A DNA stretch of 50,831 nt, taken from an uncultured Bacteroidaceae bacterium (GTDB lineage Bacteria; Bacteroidota; Bacteroidia; Bacteroidales; GCA-2748055). A model generated the notes under the pieces. The model saw only the letters and a program-made list of their open reading frames with translations. It had not been told where the DNA came from and searched no databases. The position numbers were made by a program, and so were the translations under genes. The first letter of the stretch is position 1. Every line of letters starts with the position of its first letter. Positions 1 through 10,030 of the stretch are shown here, in pieces. The stretch covers positions 1 through 50,831 of the forward strand of contig CAZQOV010000002.1 of the NCBI GenBank assembly GCA_964595055.1, written 5' to 3'.

Positions 1-93
1 GCCCAGGTTTTTCTTGGACAATTAGTTTTTGAGAATCAATTTAGCTAAAATAATAGTATTTTAGATTGGTAAAATTAGTTTATTGGATTATAA

Positions 94-141
94 AGCCCGT
101 TGTCAGAAAAGCTTAAAAATGGCTTAACTGTTCAACGGGCT
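94..141 (-). terminator. Candidate stem-loop terminator downstream of the transketolase gene pair
   Basis: AGCCCGTTG (94-102) pairs perfectly with CAACGGGCT (133-141). It lies ~20 nt past the stop of the minus-strand ORF ending at 163. The trailing T-run on the minus strand is weak (TTATAAT). Confidence 0.3.
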
Positions 142-162
142 CTACATTAGGGGGTAAAAAAA

Positions 163-1095
163 TCAAACCAGACTTTTTGCCTTTTCAATAATTGACTCTT
201 TTGAAATTTTATACTTTTCCAGTAATTCAGGATAAGACCCTGTTTCGGTAAATTTGTCTTCAATTCCAATAAATTCCATCTGGACAGGTAACTTTTTTGT
301 TAAAACTTCTGCCACAGCGCTACCCAAACCTCCAATAATCGAATGTTCTTCGATTGTGATAATCCGTTTGGTTTTTTTAACAGAATTAATTAATGTATTC
401 TCATCGAGGGGCTTAATTGTCGAAATATTCAGAATTTCAGCCGATATTCCGGCAGCTTCCAGTTCAGCAGCCGCCTCCATAGCCATCGACACGGGAATTC
501 CACACGCGGCAATAGTTATATCCCTACCTTCCTTCACTTTTCGTATTTTACCAAAAATATAGGGTTCATCGTTTTCGAATAATACTGGTGTCGGGTTGCG
601 GCAAATTCTCAGATAAACTGGTTTATCAAGAGACATGGCTTGTCTAAGCGCTTGTTGCATTTCTATTACATCTGCGGGAACAATTACATTTAGATGAGGC
701 ATAGTTCGCATTATTGCGACATCTTCAATGGATTGGTGACTTGCACCGTCATAAGAATCTGATAGTCCTGCGTAACTACCAACTAAAATAACAGGCAGCT
801 TATTATAGCAAATTACATTCCGTATTTGTTCGGTAGCTTTCAATGTAAGAAAAACAGCAAAAGTATTCACTACCGGCTTGAGGCCGCAGAGGGCTAAACC
901 TCCTGCCAAGTCAACCATATTTGCTTCCGAGACGCCCACGTTAAAAAATCTTTCAGGGTATTTCTCACCGAAAAAAGAGGTTCGAGTACTTGAAGAGACA
1001 TCAGCATCCAAAACAGTAAGCCTTGTGTTTTTTTCAGCTATCCGGAGTAATTCTTGTCCATAAATATCCCGCATCGCTATGTCAGTTGATTTCAT
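163..1095 (-). CDS. Transketolase, C-terminal subunit (pyrimidine-binding plus C-terminal domains) of a split transketolase
   Basis: 310-aa ORF with ATG start. MRDIYGQELL..VLDADVSSSTRT..FPERFFNVGVSEANMV..GLKPVVNTFAVFL is the typical transketolase Pyr-domain core. It overlaps the upstream N-terminal subunit gene by 14 nt. Confidence 0.9.
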   Translation of the reverse strand: MKSTDIAMRDIYGQELLRIAEKNTRLTVLDADVSSSTRTSFFGEKYPERFFNVGVSEANMVDLAGGLALCGLKPVVNTFAVFLTLKATEQIRNVICYNKLPVILVGSYAGLSDSYDGASHQSIEDVAIMRTMPHLNVIVPADVIEMQQALRQAMSLDKPVYLRICRNPTPVLFENDEPYIFGKIRKVKEGRDITIAACGIPVSMAMEAAAELEAAGISAEILNISTIKPLDENTLINSVKKTKRIITIEEHSIIGGLGSAVAEVLTKKLPVQMEFIGIEDKFTETGSYPELLEKYKISKESIIEKAKSLV

Positions 1096-2008
1096 TTGAA
1101 TATGTATTTAATGTGTTTTCCAATTCTGTTTTACCCGCTTTATAGGATTCATCATCTATGGGACTTCCATGCCATTTGAAATTATCTTCCATAAATGAAA
1201 CTCCTTTACCCTTGTGCGTTTTATAGATAATAACACAAGGCTCTCTTTCATTTTCCTGTGCCCATTTTAATGACTCCAGAATTTCATCCACTTTATGTCC
1301 GTCATAGACTTTTGGGGCAACATTTAGATTAAATGCCCTGAATTTTTCCGACAAAGGATCGAGTGGCATAATTGTATCACTTGGACCGTCGAGTTGGACT
1401 TTATTGTAGTCGACCATAATAATCAAACGGGCAGGCTTAAATTTTGCTGCCGACATAACTCCTTCCCAGCTTTCTCCTTCATTGAGGCATCCGTCACCTA
1501 CAATTACAAAAGTCCGGTACAGTTTTTTCAGTACTCGTGCAGCCAAAGCCATACCAACACCTACGGAGATACCATGCCCCAGAGGTCCGGTGGAAAGCTC
1601 AACGCCGGGTGTTTTTACCATGCAAGGATGTCCCTGAAACCGACTGTCAATCGACCTGAACATTTCTGTAAGCTCTTCAAGAGGAAAGAAACCTTTGTGG
1701 GCTAGCAGGTTATATAGCATCGGAGCAGCGTGACCTTTGCTGAGTACCAACCTGTCCCTGTCTTCCCATTTGGGATTTTCAGAGTTTATACTCAATATAT
1801 GAAAATACATCGTCGTCAGTAATTCAGCACAAGATGCCGATCCTCCCCAGTGTCCGTTTCCTCTTTTATGAATCATATCAAATACCTCAATCCGGCTTTG
1901 TTGGGCAAAATATTTAATTTTAGCAATTTTCCTGCTAATGTCAGTTTCCCCTTCAATATCATCCGGAACCAGGTAATATTTTTGTTTATAATTCATTCTG
2001 TTACTCAT
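1082..2008 (-). CDS. Transketolase, N-terminal (thiamine-diphosphate-binding) subunit
   Basis: 308-aa ORF with ATG start. It carries GHWGGSASCAELLTTMY, LSKGHAAPMLY and the GDGCLNEGESWE TPP-binding motif. It is adjacent to and overlaps the C-terminal subunit gene. Confidence 0.9.
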   Translation of the reverse strand: MSNRMNYKQKYYLVPDDIEGETDISRKIAKIKYFAQQSRIEVFDMIHKRGNGHWGGSASCAELLTTMYFHILSINSENPKWEDRDRLVLSKGHAAPMLYNLLAHKGFFPLEELTEMFRSIDSRFQGHPCMVKTPGVELSTGPLGHGISVGVGMALAARVLKKLYRTFVIVGDGCLNEGESWEGVMSAAKFKPARLIIMVDYNKVQLDGPSDTIMPLDPLSEKFRAFNLNVAPKVYDGHKVDEILESLKWAQENEREPCVIIYKTHKGKGVSFMEDNFKWHGSPIDDESYKAGKTELENTLNTYSNEIN

Positions 2009-2867
2009 TTTATTTAATTATTTAAAGATTTCGTTGATAAAATAGTAGTTGTAAAATTAGTTATCATTCAGGTTCAAAATTTTAAAAAAATTAGCGACTA
2101 TTTTAAATATTTAAATAGGAATAACTTCATTCTGATAAGAATGTATAACTTTTACCCCCACAAGAGTTTTTGAATAATTTAAAATAATGTTGATGTTTCT
2201 ATTTCCGGGGATAATATCGTAAATCCTTACCATTAAAAAATCAGGTGTACAGTGAATAATTTTAAAGCATTCCTTAATAAAAAACGATGGAATAATTTCC
2301 CTTTTCAGACCTGGAAATGCACCTTTTGAATATTTTTTTACCGAGTTTAATGTCTTTTTTCCATGATAAACTTCTTTGAGTTGATTAGTTTAATATTTAC
2401 TATCTACAACTTGATTTCGAATAGATTGCCAAAATAACTATAAGCGAAAGTTGGTTTGGCATGACCAAACGGATTTATATCACATCCGCCGTAGCACTTG
2501 CAGCACCGATGGTCAGAGGAGTTTGAAGGTTCGTTCCTGCCTTTCCCGGCCTGATGGTTTCCGGCTAATTGTATTTCACCTATTACCAGCATGATCTTTT
2601 TCAACGGTTTGCATTTTTAATTCATTAAAATCTTCTAATTTTCTGATAAGTCAAAGCTTTTTTTAGGCGAACCTCTTATATAAATTTCACTTTTTCGCTT
2701 CCATTCCAAACCATGCTTTTTATCCCCCTAAAAAATAGAAGGTTATGCTGTAAAAAATCTTTATTTGATTCTGGAATTTCCATAATTTTAACGGGTATTC
2801 CCTGTAGACGCTTAAACACCTATACAAAAATAATTTTTAGTTCACCATACCCTTAACACTTACCATC

Positions 2868-3821
2868 ATGAGAACCCTAAGCTTTATCTTTTTATTCAGC
2901 TTTTTCTTCCTTCTGTTCTCCTGTGAGAAGGATGATAATGACAACAATGTCAATCAGGATAATAATGACACTGTTCTGGCAAATAATTCTGCTATTCTTG
3001 CCGGCGATCCTGTTGGAGATCATTCAGAAGACAAAAATTTGCTCTGGAAAACCGGTGAGATCATTATGGATAATTCCCCAGGTCTTTTTGAGGTCGATGA
3101 ACTGTTTATTGGCCGTACCAGCTCCTCTTCCAGTTACATCTACTGGATAATCCCAATAAAAAATACCAGCAGCAATCATTATGCCTTTGTTGAAGCAACA
3201 GGCATTAAAATTCTCGATAGCCAGAACAAGGTCATATACGAAGACAATTTTTTCAATTATACCTTTGTGGAAGGAAGCTGTGGTAATCCTGAAAATTCCA
3301 CTTCTCTTACCAATACTTTTCTGAAAGCCGGTGAAACCGGCTATTTTCTGGGAATTGACCAGGTCGATTTCTCCCGGGTCGCTAAAATCAGACTATCATC
3401 CATAGACTACAGTGAAACTCCCTACTTCCCTTCGGAGATAAAAGCGATTCCTTTATCCTATAGCGTTTCCGGTCAAAATGTCGAAGTAATGGTGGAGAAT
3501 CAGGGGAACCAGACGCTTTATATTTCTACCTCCCCTTATATATTGATGGATCAAAACAACGCCCCTCTCACCTGGACCTATCTTGATCCGGATGCCAGCA
3601 GTTCTGTTGAGGAAGAGGTTATTGCAGCGAAAGGAATGGGAGAAATGGTTGATGAAAGCTGGTACAAGGGATCAGGCAGTAAAATCAGGGTTATCCTGGA
3701 TGTAGATCTGGAATCTTCTGCCAAATCGATAAGCTTGAAAAGTTCAGAAACAAACATCCATAAACATTACCGAAACCTTAGGAAAGAAAGAGACCGAAGA
3801 CTAAGGCAGATTGAAAATTAA
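2868..3821 (+). CDS. Hypothetical lipoprotein
   Basis: 317-aa ORF with ATG start. It has a signal peptide and lipobox-like LLFSC followed by an Asp/Asn-rich linker (EKDDNDNNVNQDNND). No recognisable catalytic motif. Confidence 0.6.
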   Translation: MRTLSFIFLFSFFFLLFSCEKDDNDNNVNQDNNDTVLANNSAILAGDPVGDHSEDKNLLWKTGEIIMDNSPGLFEVDELFIGRTSSSSSYIYWIIPIKNTSSNHYAFVEATGIKILDSQNKVIYEDNFFNYTFVEGSCGNPENSTSLTNTFLKAGETGYFLGIDQVDFSRVAKIRLSSIDYSETPYFPSEIKAIPLSYSVSGQNVEVMVENQGNQTLYISTSPYILMDQNNAPLTWTYLDPDASSSVEEEVIAAKGMGEMVDESWYKGSGSKIRVILDVDLESSAKSISLKSSETNIHKHYRNLRKERDRRLRQIEN

Positions 3822-3952
3822 ATGAAATTGTTGGGGTTCCCCATACCTCTGGCCGGGAAGTTGAGATAAGATTTACAGAGGAGAGGCAAAAAAGCTTGTT
3901 TCCAATCAATTCAAGCGTAAAATTTGCAGCAAAATGAGAAAAACTTTTCTGC

Positions 3953-6760
3953 TTACCTTCCCCTCATCCTTCTCAAATCGTACCGGAAACTCAACAAATA
4001 ATACCGCCCGATTACATTCTGTTGACGGTCTTCAATATAACTCTCGGTGAGGGTACGGGAAATGGCTTCATTTTCATCCAGGAGGTCCCTGACAGTGAGG
4101 GTGACTTCTCCCCGCTGGTTTTTGAAAAGTTTTTTCCCAATGCTCATGTCCAGCAAGGCAAAGTGCTGATTATACCCTTCCGATAACCCCCGGTAATAGG
4201 AATGGGTGAGACGGCTGTCAAAAACAATCCCATAGGGTAATATCCAGCGCAATTTAAAGCGGGAGAGCTGGAAGAGATAATTTTCACTCAATGCTTCATT
4301 AAAACTGCTAAGGGGGACACTGTAACTTGTATTGGAGGATAAGGTGAAATCCACTCTTTCACTGATATTACTAACCAGGGCAAGTCCCAGAGCCAGGGTG
4401 CGGTCGATGGAGTAACCGGTTTCTGAATTGATTTTTCCGGGATTTCCGGACATGTTTACGGAACTGTTAAGATTAAGATTACACCGGATAAACTCTATGG
4501 GGATCCCGTAATTCATAAAGAGGCTTCCGCTGTAATAACCCTCAAAGTTCTCGGGTATGAATAGCTGGGTTCCTTTTTTTATTTCCACGCCATGAATTAT
4601 TGTATCCGATAACGGAATGTAAAGTGCGTTGGAAATATGATCCCGGTCGGCTTTGATCCTGGCCCCGACATAAAAAAGACTGGATTTTTCAATATTTGCG
4701 CGGGAATACCTGAAAATGAGATTATGCGATAGTTCCTGATTCAAAGCGGAATTTCCCATACTGATCTGCAGACTGTTGGTATTATCGATCACCTCCTGCA
4801 ACTGTTTTACAGAGGGTACATCCGTTGTTGTCCGAAAGATAAGCCTCAGGTTTTGTCCCTTTTCCCCTTTATAATTGAATAGGGCATTGGGAAGAATGCT
4901 GTTGAACGCGTAATGCTTGTTTGAAGGGTTGGGAAATTTCTGATCGTTTCTTAAGATCGTGTTTTCGTAATTGAACCCTGCCATGAACATTGTTTTATCT
5001 TTCCTGAAACGATAAGCCATTCCTGCATGATTTTTATCAAATTGGTTATCGAAAATTCCTGAAACAATGGAGTCAATAGAGCTGTATTCAGAAGATTCGG
5101 GATCATAATCCCAGGTTCTCCGGTTTGATTCATTCCAGTTTCTGGAATAGCGGTACGAGAACTGGATCAGGCTATTTTCTGAGACCGGCCCCGTGTAAGC
5201 TAATCTCCCGGCCACCGAATTTGAAGGCAAACCGTTCTCGGAATATTGATCAAGGCTGTCGATATCAATAAAATCGTCCCGGTAAAATTCATTCCTTGCG
5301 AGAAGGTAATTTCTCCCCTCACGATTCGCAAAATTGCTGTTGAAATGAAGGGAGACAGATCTGCCGGTTTTTTCAAACCGATGCATGAACAGCAGATCAC
5401 TTGCAGCATTTATAGCTGATGCCCTGGAAAGATAATCGCTGCTTGTTTTGCTGATCAGTTGGCTTTTATCCAAAGTTTCACCCAGTAGCATAGAGTTGTA
5501 TGTATTGTTCTGGATACTGATATTGGGGCGAAACATGATCCGGTTCCTTTCGCTGGGTTGATAATCTATTCTTGCAAATATCCTGTGATTGGCATTCCTG
5601 CTATCCACTTCATCAAGTTCAGTATATTCCTGTTCATTCCTTGATCCCAACAGGTATTGCCTGTATACATCCTTCCGGTTATAAGTGTTCATATGATTGA
5701 AAAAATAATTAACCGAGGCATCCACTTTTTCTCCCCAGCTATCTGTATAATTCAATCCAAAGCTGTTGAGGGTTGAAACCCCATCCTTTTTCCCTGTCAT
5801 AAAATCCCGGGCCATTTGGCCACCACCCGGGGTTAATCCTCCTGCCCTCATTCCTCTCATGCCGCCTCCACCCATTCCCCGCCTCATGTTCATGGAGCCT
5901 AGCAAATCCTGGGATGAAAAATCCTGACGGTTTACATTATTCGACTGTCCGATCAGAGTTATTCTCCTATCCCCGTTAAAACTGTTTAAATTCCCGGAAA
6001 TTCCGTATTTTTCCTCCGGTCCGGCTCCTGCATAAAACGTTCCGAATTGTCCGTTTCGCATATTTCTTCGGGTAACTACGTTCATGGTGCGGGTTCTGTT
6101 TCCGTCATCAAAACCGGTGAACTGGGATTGTTCCGATTGTTCCTCATAAATCTGGATCTTTTCAATAATTTCGGCGGGAAGATTCCTCAATGCCAGGCTG
6201 GGATCAGTATTAAAGAATGGCCGTCCGTCTACCAGCAGTTTTTCCACCCTCTCTCCCTGAGCTTTTACTGAACCTCCAGAAACCTCCACGCCGGGCATTT
6301 TAGCAACCAGATCTTCTCCGCTTGCATCCGAAGTGGTTTTATAAGCATCTGAGTTGTATTCAATGGTATCCTCCTTAATAACAGCCAGGGGTGTAGATTT
6401 TGTTATGCTTACTTCTTCCAGATCCTGTGACAATTGTTGAAGCTTTATTTCGCCGATAAGGTTAAACCCCGGCATCAGGTTCAGGTCCTTCCTGTATTCA
6501 TGATACCCCATGAAGCTAATGCGGATACGATTTCTTTCTCCCCTTAGATTTCGTATCAAAAATTCTCCCTTATCGTTGGTAATTCCGGCAATTTGTTTAC
6601 CGGTATTCATATCCTCTACAATAACATGAGCTCCGGTAAGTGGAGTACTGTTATCCGAGTCGATTACTTTCCCTGCAACTATGGAATTTTGTGCGGATGC
6701 AAAGGAGAAGCAAAATAACATCAGCAAAGCTAAAAGCGGATAAACGGGTAGTGTTTTCAT
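3953..6760 (-). CDS. Outer-membrane beta-barrel protein, TonB-dependent-receptor-like (CarboxypepD_reg N-domain plus plug-like region plus barrel)
   Basis: 935 aa with signal peptide ending ASAQ. The CarboxypepD_reg-like stretch is VAGKVIDSDNSTPLTGAHVIVEDMNTGKQIAGITNDKGEFLIRNL. The plug-like region is MPGVEVSGGSVKAQGERVEKLLVDGRPF..IEKIQIY. A long Tyr/Asn-rich barrel ends in an aromatic-rich C-terminus. A Gly/Met-rich insertion (MRRGMGGGGMRGMRAGG) is also present. Confidence 0.8.
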   Translation of the reverse strand: MKTLPVYPLLALLMLFCFSFASAQNSIVAGKVIDSDNSTPLTGAHVIVEDMNTGKQIAGITNDKGEFLIRNLRGERNRIRISFMGYHEYRKDLNLMPGFNLIGEIKLQQLSQDLEEVSITKSTPLAVIKEDTIEYNSDAYKTTSDASGEDLVAKMPGVEVSGGSVKAQGERVEKLLVDGRPFFNTDPSLALRNLPAEIIEKIQIYEEQSEQSQFTGFDDGNRTRTMNVVTRRNMRNGQFGTFYAGAGPEEKYGISGNLNSFNGDRRITLIGQSNNVNRQDFSSQDLLGSMNMRRGMGGGGMRGMRAGGLTPGGGQMARDFMTGKKDGVSTLNSFGLNYTDSWGEKVDASVNYFFNHMNTYNRKDVYRQYLLGSRNEQEYTELDEVDSRNANHRIFARIDYQPSERNRIMFRPNISIQNNTYNSMLLGETLDKSQLISKTSSDYLSRASAINAASDLLFMHRFEKTGRSVSLHFNSNFANREGRNYLLARNEFYRDDFIDIDSLDQYSENGLPSNSVAGRLAYTGPVSENSLIQFSYRYSRNWNESNRRTWDYDPESSEYSSIDSIVSGIFDNQFDKNHAGMAYRFRKDKTMFMAGFNYENTILRNDQKFPNPSNKHYAFNSILPNALFNYKGEKGQNLRLIFRTTTDVPSVKQLQEVIDNTNSLQISMGNSALNQELSHNLIFRYSRANIEKSSLFYVGARIKADRDHISNALYIPLSDTIIHGVEIKKGTQLFIPENFEGYYSGSLFMNYGIPIEFIRCNLNLNSSVNMSGNPGKINSETGYSIDRTLALGLALVSNISERVDFTLSSNTSYSVPLSSFNEALSENYLFQLSRFKLRWILPYGIVFDSRLTHSYYRGLSEGYNQHFALLDMSIGKKLFKNQRGEVTLTVRDLLDENEAISRTLTESYIEDRQQNVIGRYYLLSFRYDLRRMRGR

Positions 6761-7211
6761 TTTTATATGGTATGAGGAATGGTTCTGCCTTATTTAGACA
6801 CCAGATGTAAAGAAATCATTCGCTTATTCACAGAAAGTTTACCCGAAATGAGAATTAATCCCTGCCCAGAAGCTAATGCTTCCAAACCCACACCATGATC
6901 TTCATCCTGAAGACCCCGTGAGAAACGAGGCTGGAGAGGAAGGACCTAACCCGGGGATTTAAAAGGACTCTGTAATTGCAACTTACAGCAGGCGATTCCA
7001 ATAAGAACATCAAATCAATTGACCAGGAATGTAACCGGGAACAGAGTGAGCGATAGAAAGCAAAAGTGGCTTCGATGAGGTCTGTCATCTAATTCGGGAG
7101 AAATTCCTGAGCTCCGGGAGGGTGGACTATTGAATCAAAGTTCCATTTTGAAAGTAACATGATCTCTTAATGGTCTTTTTAAACACCCTTTTTTACTTAA
7201 TGTTTCCTTAT

Positions 7212-8963
7212 TTAATCCACCCTTAATACCTCAACAAAATAGGCGCCGCGCGAAGTTCCGTCTTTATCAACCAGCCAGGTTTGAATATTTGCATCACCGG
7301 CCTGGAGCTCACACTCAAACTGAACTCCTGAAGCTCCGGAGGGAACTTTCATCTTCTCATCAAACTGATCCCCAATGAGTAACCTTGCTTCTTTTGCTGT
7401 AAGCGGAAAATTTGCTACTTCAGGTCGCTCGCGGAGTACAAAGATATATTTGCCAGGTTCTGTAATCCTGACACGCCATGGACCGTTTTTTTCAGGTCGG
7501 TTCAAAATATGCGGCTGATTCCACGGGGGCGATTTGTCGATCATCCAGTCATGTGCATTTAAAACAACCGGGTTTTGATGTTTTGAACCTATATATAATG
7601 GAGTTGTTTCATCAAAACTTTGACTTACATCTTCCCACCAGCGATCATATTCAAGTCTTAATTTATCCGCCACTTCAGGATAGGAATTAATTAGGTTAAT
7701 TTCCTGGCCGGGGTCCTTGTTGATATCGTATAATTCTTTGTTATCCACCAATCTCCAGTGATCCGTCATAACGGATGTCTGTTTCCATTTGATCGGATCC
7801 AATACCCGCTGATTATGTACAAAAAGGGTCCGGTCCGGCCACTTGTCCCTATTTCCGGTTAGCAGGGGAACAAGAGAAGATCCGTCAAAATCAATAGTTT
7901 CAGGAGGGGCGATGTCGCATAATTCCAGTAAGGTAGGCATGATATCAATATGCGCCGTAAGCTGATTCACATCACGACCTCCTGTAATTCCGGCAGGTGG
8001 ATAATAGGCAAAACAAAAAACACGGTGTCCCCCTTCATAATGCGACGCCTTGTTTCCCTTCATACCGGCATTAAAACGCTTTGACCATTCTTCCTGCTGT
8101 TCATCCGGATAAATGTTTGGCCCCATACAGGTTCCGTTGTCACTCATAAAGAGAATTATGGTATTGTCAAGAAGTCCCCAATGTTCAAGACGTTCCATCA
8201 TCACTCCCAGATTATCGTCAATCGTAGATATCATGCCCCAGTATATTCTGAGGCGATCGTTTGTATCGGTATCTTTATAGATCTGTTTGTATCGTTCCGG
8301 TACATGTGGACGGGTCTGATGTGCGGCATTGACAGGAAGGTACAGGAAAAAGGGCTGATCCCCGCTCTCTCTGATAAAGCGGAGAGCTTCTCCAAACCAT
8401 ACATCGGTACAATATCCCTGAAACCTTCTCCACTTTCCGTTGTCATTATAGTGGTCCTCGAAATAATCGTTGCCCCAGTAGTCGGGGGTTTGTCCTACAC
8501 CTCCTGCATAGTGAACTATTGCATCATCAAAGCCCCTGAACCTTGCACCATAGGGGTAATTGTCGCCAAGATGCCATTTCCCGAAGATCCCGGTCCGGTA
8601 CCCGGCATTTCGGAATACTTCCGCAATGGTAACCTCATCCTCTCTTAACAGATTCCTGCCAATAATGGTATGCCAAACCCCGGCACGTACAGAATACCTG
8701 CCGGTCATCAAAGCTGCACGGGTGGGGGCACAGGTCGGATCAACATGGAAATTGGTTAACCTGACACTCTTTTCCCGCAGCTGATCTATATTTGGAGTTT
8801 TTAAAAAGGGATGACCCTGAGCACTAAGATCTCCATAGCCCTGATCATCAGTGACAATCATTATAACATTTGGACCTTCTTTCGATTCCGGATGAACCGG
8901 GCTTGAGAATGCAGCCGGTACAGTTGCAATAAGTATAGCTGGCAACGTAAAAATCGTCTTCAT
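7212..8963 (-). CDS. Arylsulfatase (Cys-type, formylglycine-dependent sulfatase family)
   Basis: 583 aa with a signal peptide. VIMIVTDDQGYGDL and the C-x-P-x-R formylglycine motif in PTCAPTRAALMTGR are present. The GKWHLG and MSDNG motifs are typical of the family. Confidence 0.92.
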   Translation of the reverse strand: MKTIFTLPAILIATVPAAFSSPVHPESKEGPNVIMIVTDDQGYGDLSAQGHPFLKTPNIDQLREKSVRLTNFHVDPTCAPTRAALMTGRYSVRAGVWHTIIGRNLLREDEVTIAEVFRNAGYRTGIFGKWHLGDNYPYGARFRGFDDAIVHYAGGVGQTPDYWGNDYFEDHYNDNGKWRRFQGYCTDVWFGEALRFIRESGDQPFFLYLPVNAAHQTRPHVPERYKQIYKDTDTNDRLRIYWGMISTIDDNLGVMMERLEHWGLLDNTIILFMSDNGTCMGPNIYPDEQQEEWSKRFNAGMKGNKASHYEGGHRVFCFAYYPPAGITGGRDVNQLTAHIDIMPTLLELCDIAPPETIDFDGSSLVPLLTGNRDKWPDRTLFVHNQRVLDPIKWKQTSVMTDHWRLVDNKELYDINKDPGQEINLINSYPEVADKLRLEYDRWWEDVSQSFDETTPLYIGSKHQNPVVLNAHDWMIDKSPPWNQPHILNRPEKNGPWRVRITEPGKYIFVLRERPEVANFPLTAKEARLLIGDQFDEKMKVPSGASGVQFECELQAGDANIQTWLVDKDGTSRGAYFVEVLRVD

Positions 8964-9255
8964 GAGGGCTTTTTTTATTGTTTTGAGTGTAAAAAGAATG
9001 CCTGTAATATATTGATTTCTCAGGATATTTTAATAACTCATTTTGCGATTGTAAATCTATATATTTTGCAAGTTATTATCTAAATAAAGTGATAAGAAAC
9101 CGCTTTTTTTTTACTGGCTGCATTTCAGCAAACTAATATGCATGCTGATGAAAGCTTTAATCCTGGATTAGTTTTTTAAGGGCTCAAAATATGATGGTTG
9201 CATAGTTTTAACTGTAGCACTTTTTTCCCTAAATTTATCCCTAAAAACAAGGGTC

Positions 9256-10002
9256 ATGAAAAAAATCTTATGCCTCACCCTCATGCTATTTCTGGGCCTT
9301 TTGCTTTTCGCCCAGAATTACGATAAGCAGATTTTTCCCACCGGCAAGGGAGATCTGACCATTGTTCCCATCGGACATCCCAGCATTATGTTCGTATGGA
9401 ACAACCTCACCATCCATGTGGATCCTGTTTTGCGTGAAGCCGATTACCTGCGATTTCCCGATGCAGACGTGATTCTGCTCACCCATCATCATGGCGATCA
9501 TACCGATAAGGAAGCTGTTAGTATGCTCTATACCGACACTACCAGGGTGATCCTTACCGAACAAAGCCTGGAAAAACTTGCTGAGCTGGATCTCGATCAT
9601 ACCGAGGTGCTCCATTACTGGGATTCTACCAGCTTCAAAGGACTTGGAGTGGAGGCCGTTCCGGCATACAATATTCAGCATAAACGTTCGAATGGCGAAC
9701 CTTACCATCTGCGAGGTGTGGGTAACGGTTATGTGCTGACCTTCGAAGATTTTAAAGTCCTTATTGGTGGCGACACAGAAGACATACCCGAGTATGAAAA
9801 GCTCCGTGACTACCACATCGATGCTGCCTTTCTCCCCATGAATGTTCCCTATACCATGACACCCCGCATGGTGGCCCACGCCGCCAGCATGATCCGGCCA
9901 AAAATTCTCTATCCTTACCACTACGGCAATACCAATACCGATGAGCTGTTTGAGCTGATGGAGGATGATCCATGGGTGGAGATAAGGATTTTGAATTTTT
10001 AA
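9256..10002 (+). CDS. Secreted MBL-fold metallo-hydrolase
   Basis: 248 aa with N-terminal signal peptide (LLLFAQ). The H-x-H-x-D-H motif appears as LLTHHHGDHTD. The long antisense ORF 9286..9921 has no motif support. Confidence 0.8.
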   Translation: MKKILCLTLMLFLGLLLFAQNYDKQIFPTGKGDLTIVPIGHPSIMFVWNNLTIHVDPVLREADYLRFPDADVILLTHHHGDHTDKEAVSMLYTDTTRVILTEQSLEKLAELDLDHTEVLHYWDSTSFKGLGVEAVPAYNIQHKRSNGEPYHLRGVGNGYVLTFEDFKVLIGGDTEDIPEYEKLRDYHIDAAFLPMNVPYTMTPRMVAHAASMIRPKILYPYHYGNTNTDELFELMEDDPWVEIRILNF

Positions 10003-10030
10003 GAATCAAGTTTTAACGAATAATTTAATA

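Noticed and set aside
2404-2604. A tRNA-like or TPP-riboswitch-like element in the GC-rich island (GGTTCGTTCC resembles a T-loop; ACCATCAGGCCGGGAAAGG vaguely resembles a THI-box).
   Set aside because: No cloverleaf can be drawn because the T-stem does not pair. The CTGAGA / ACCTGATCTGGATAATGCCAGCG core of the THI element is absent. It is kept only as a low-interest finding.
6873-7088. 71-aa minus-strand ORF in the 450-bp spacer between the outer-membrane protein gene and the sulfatase gene.
   Set aside because: It has no motifs and odd composition, and all frames of the spacer are stop-riddled. It is probably non-coding or decayed sequence.
9286-9921. 211-aa minus-strand ORF covering most of the MBL hydrolase gene.
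   Set aside because: It has no motifs or signal peptide. The plus-strand frame carries the HHHGDH metallo-beta-lactamase motif and a signal peptide.
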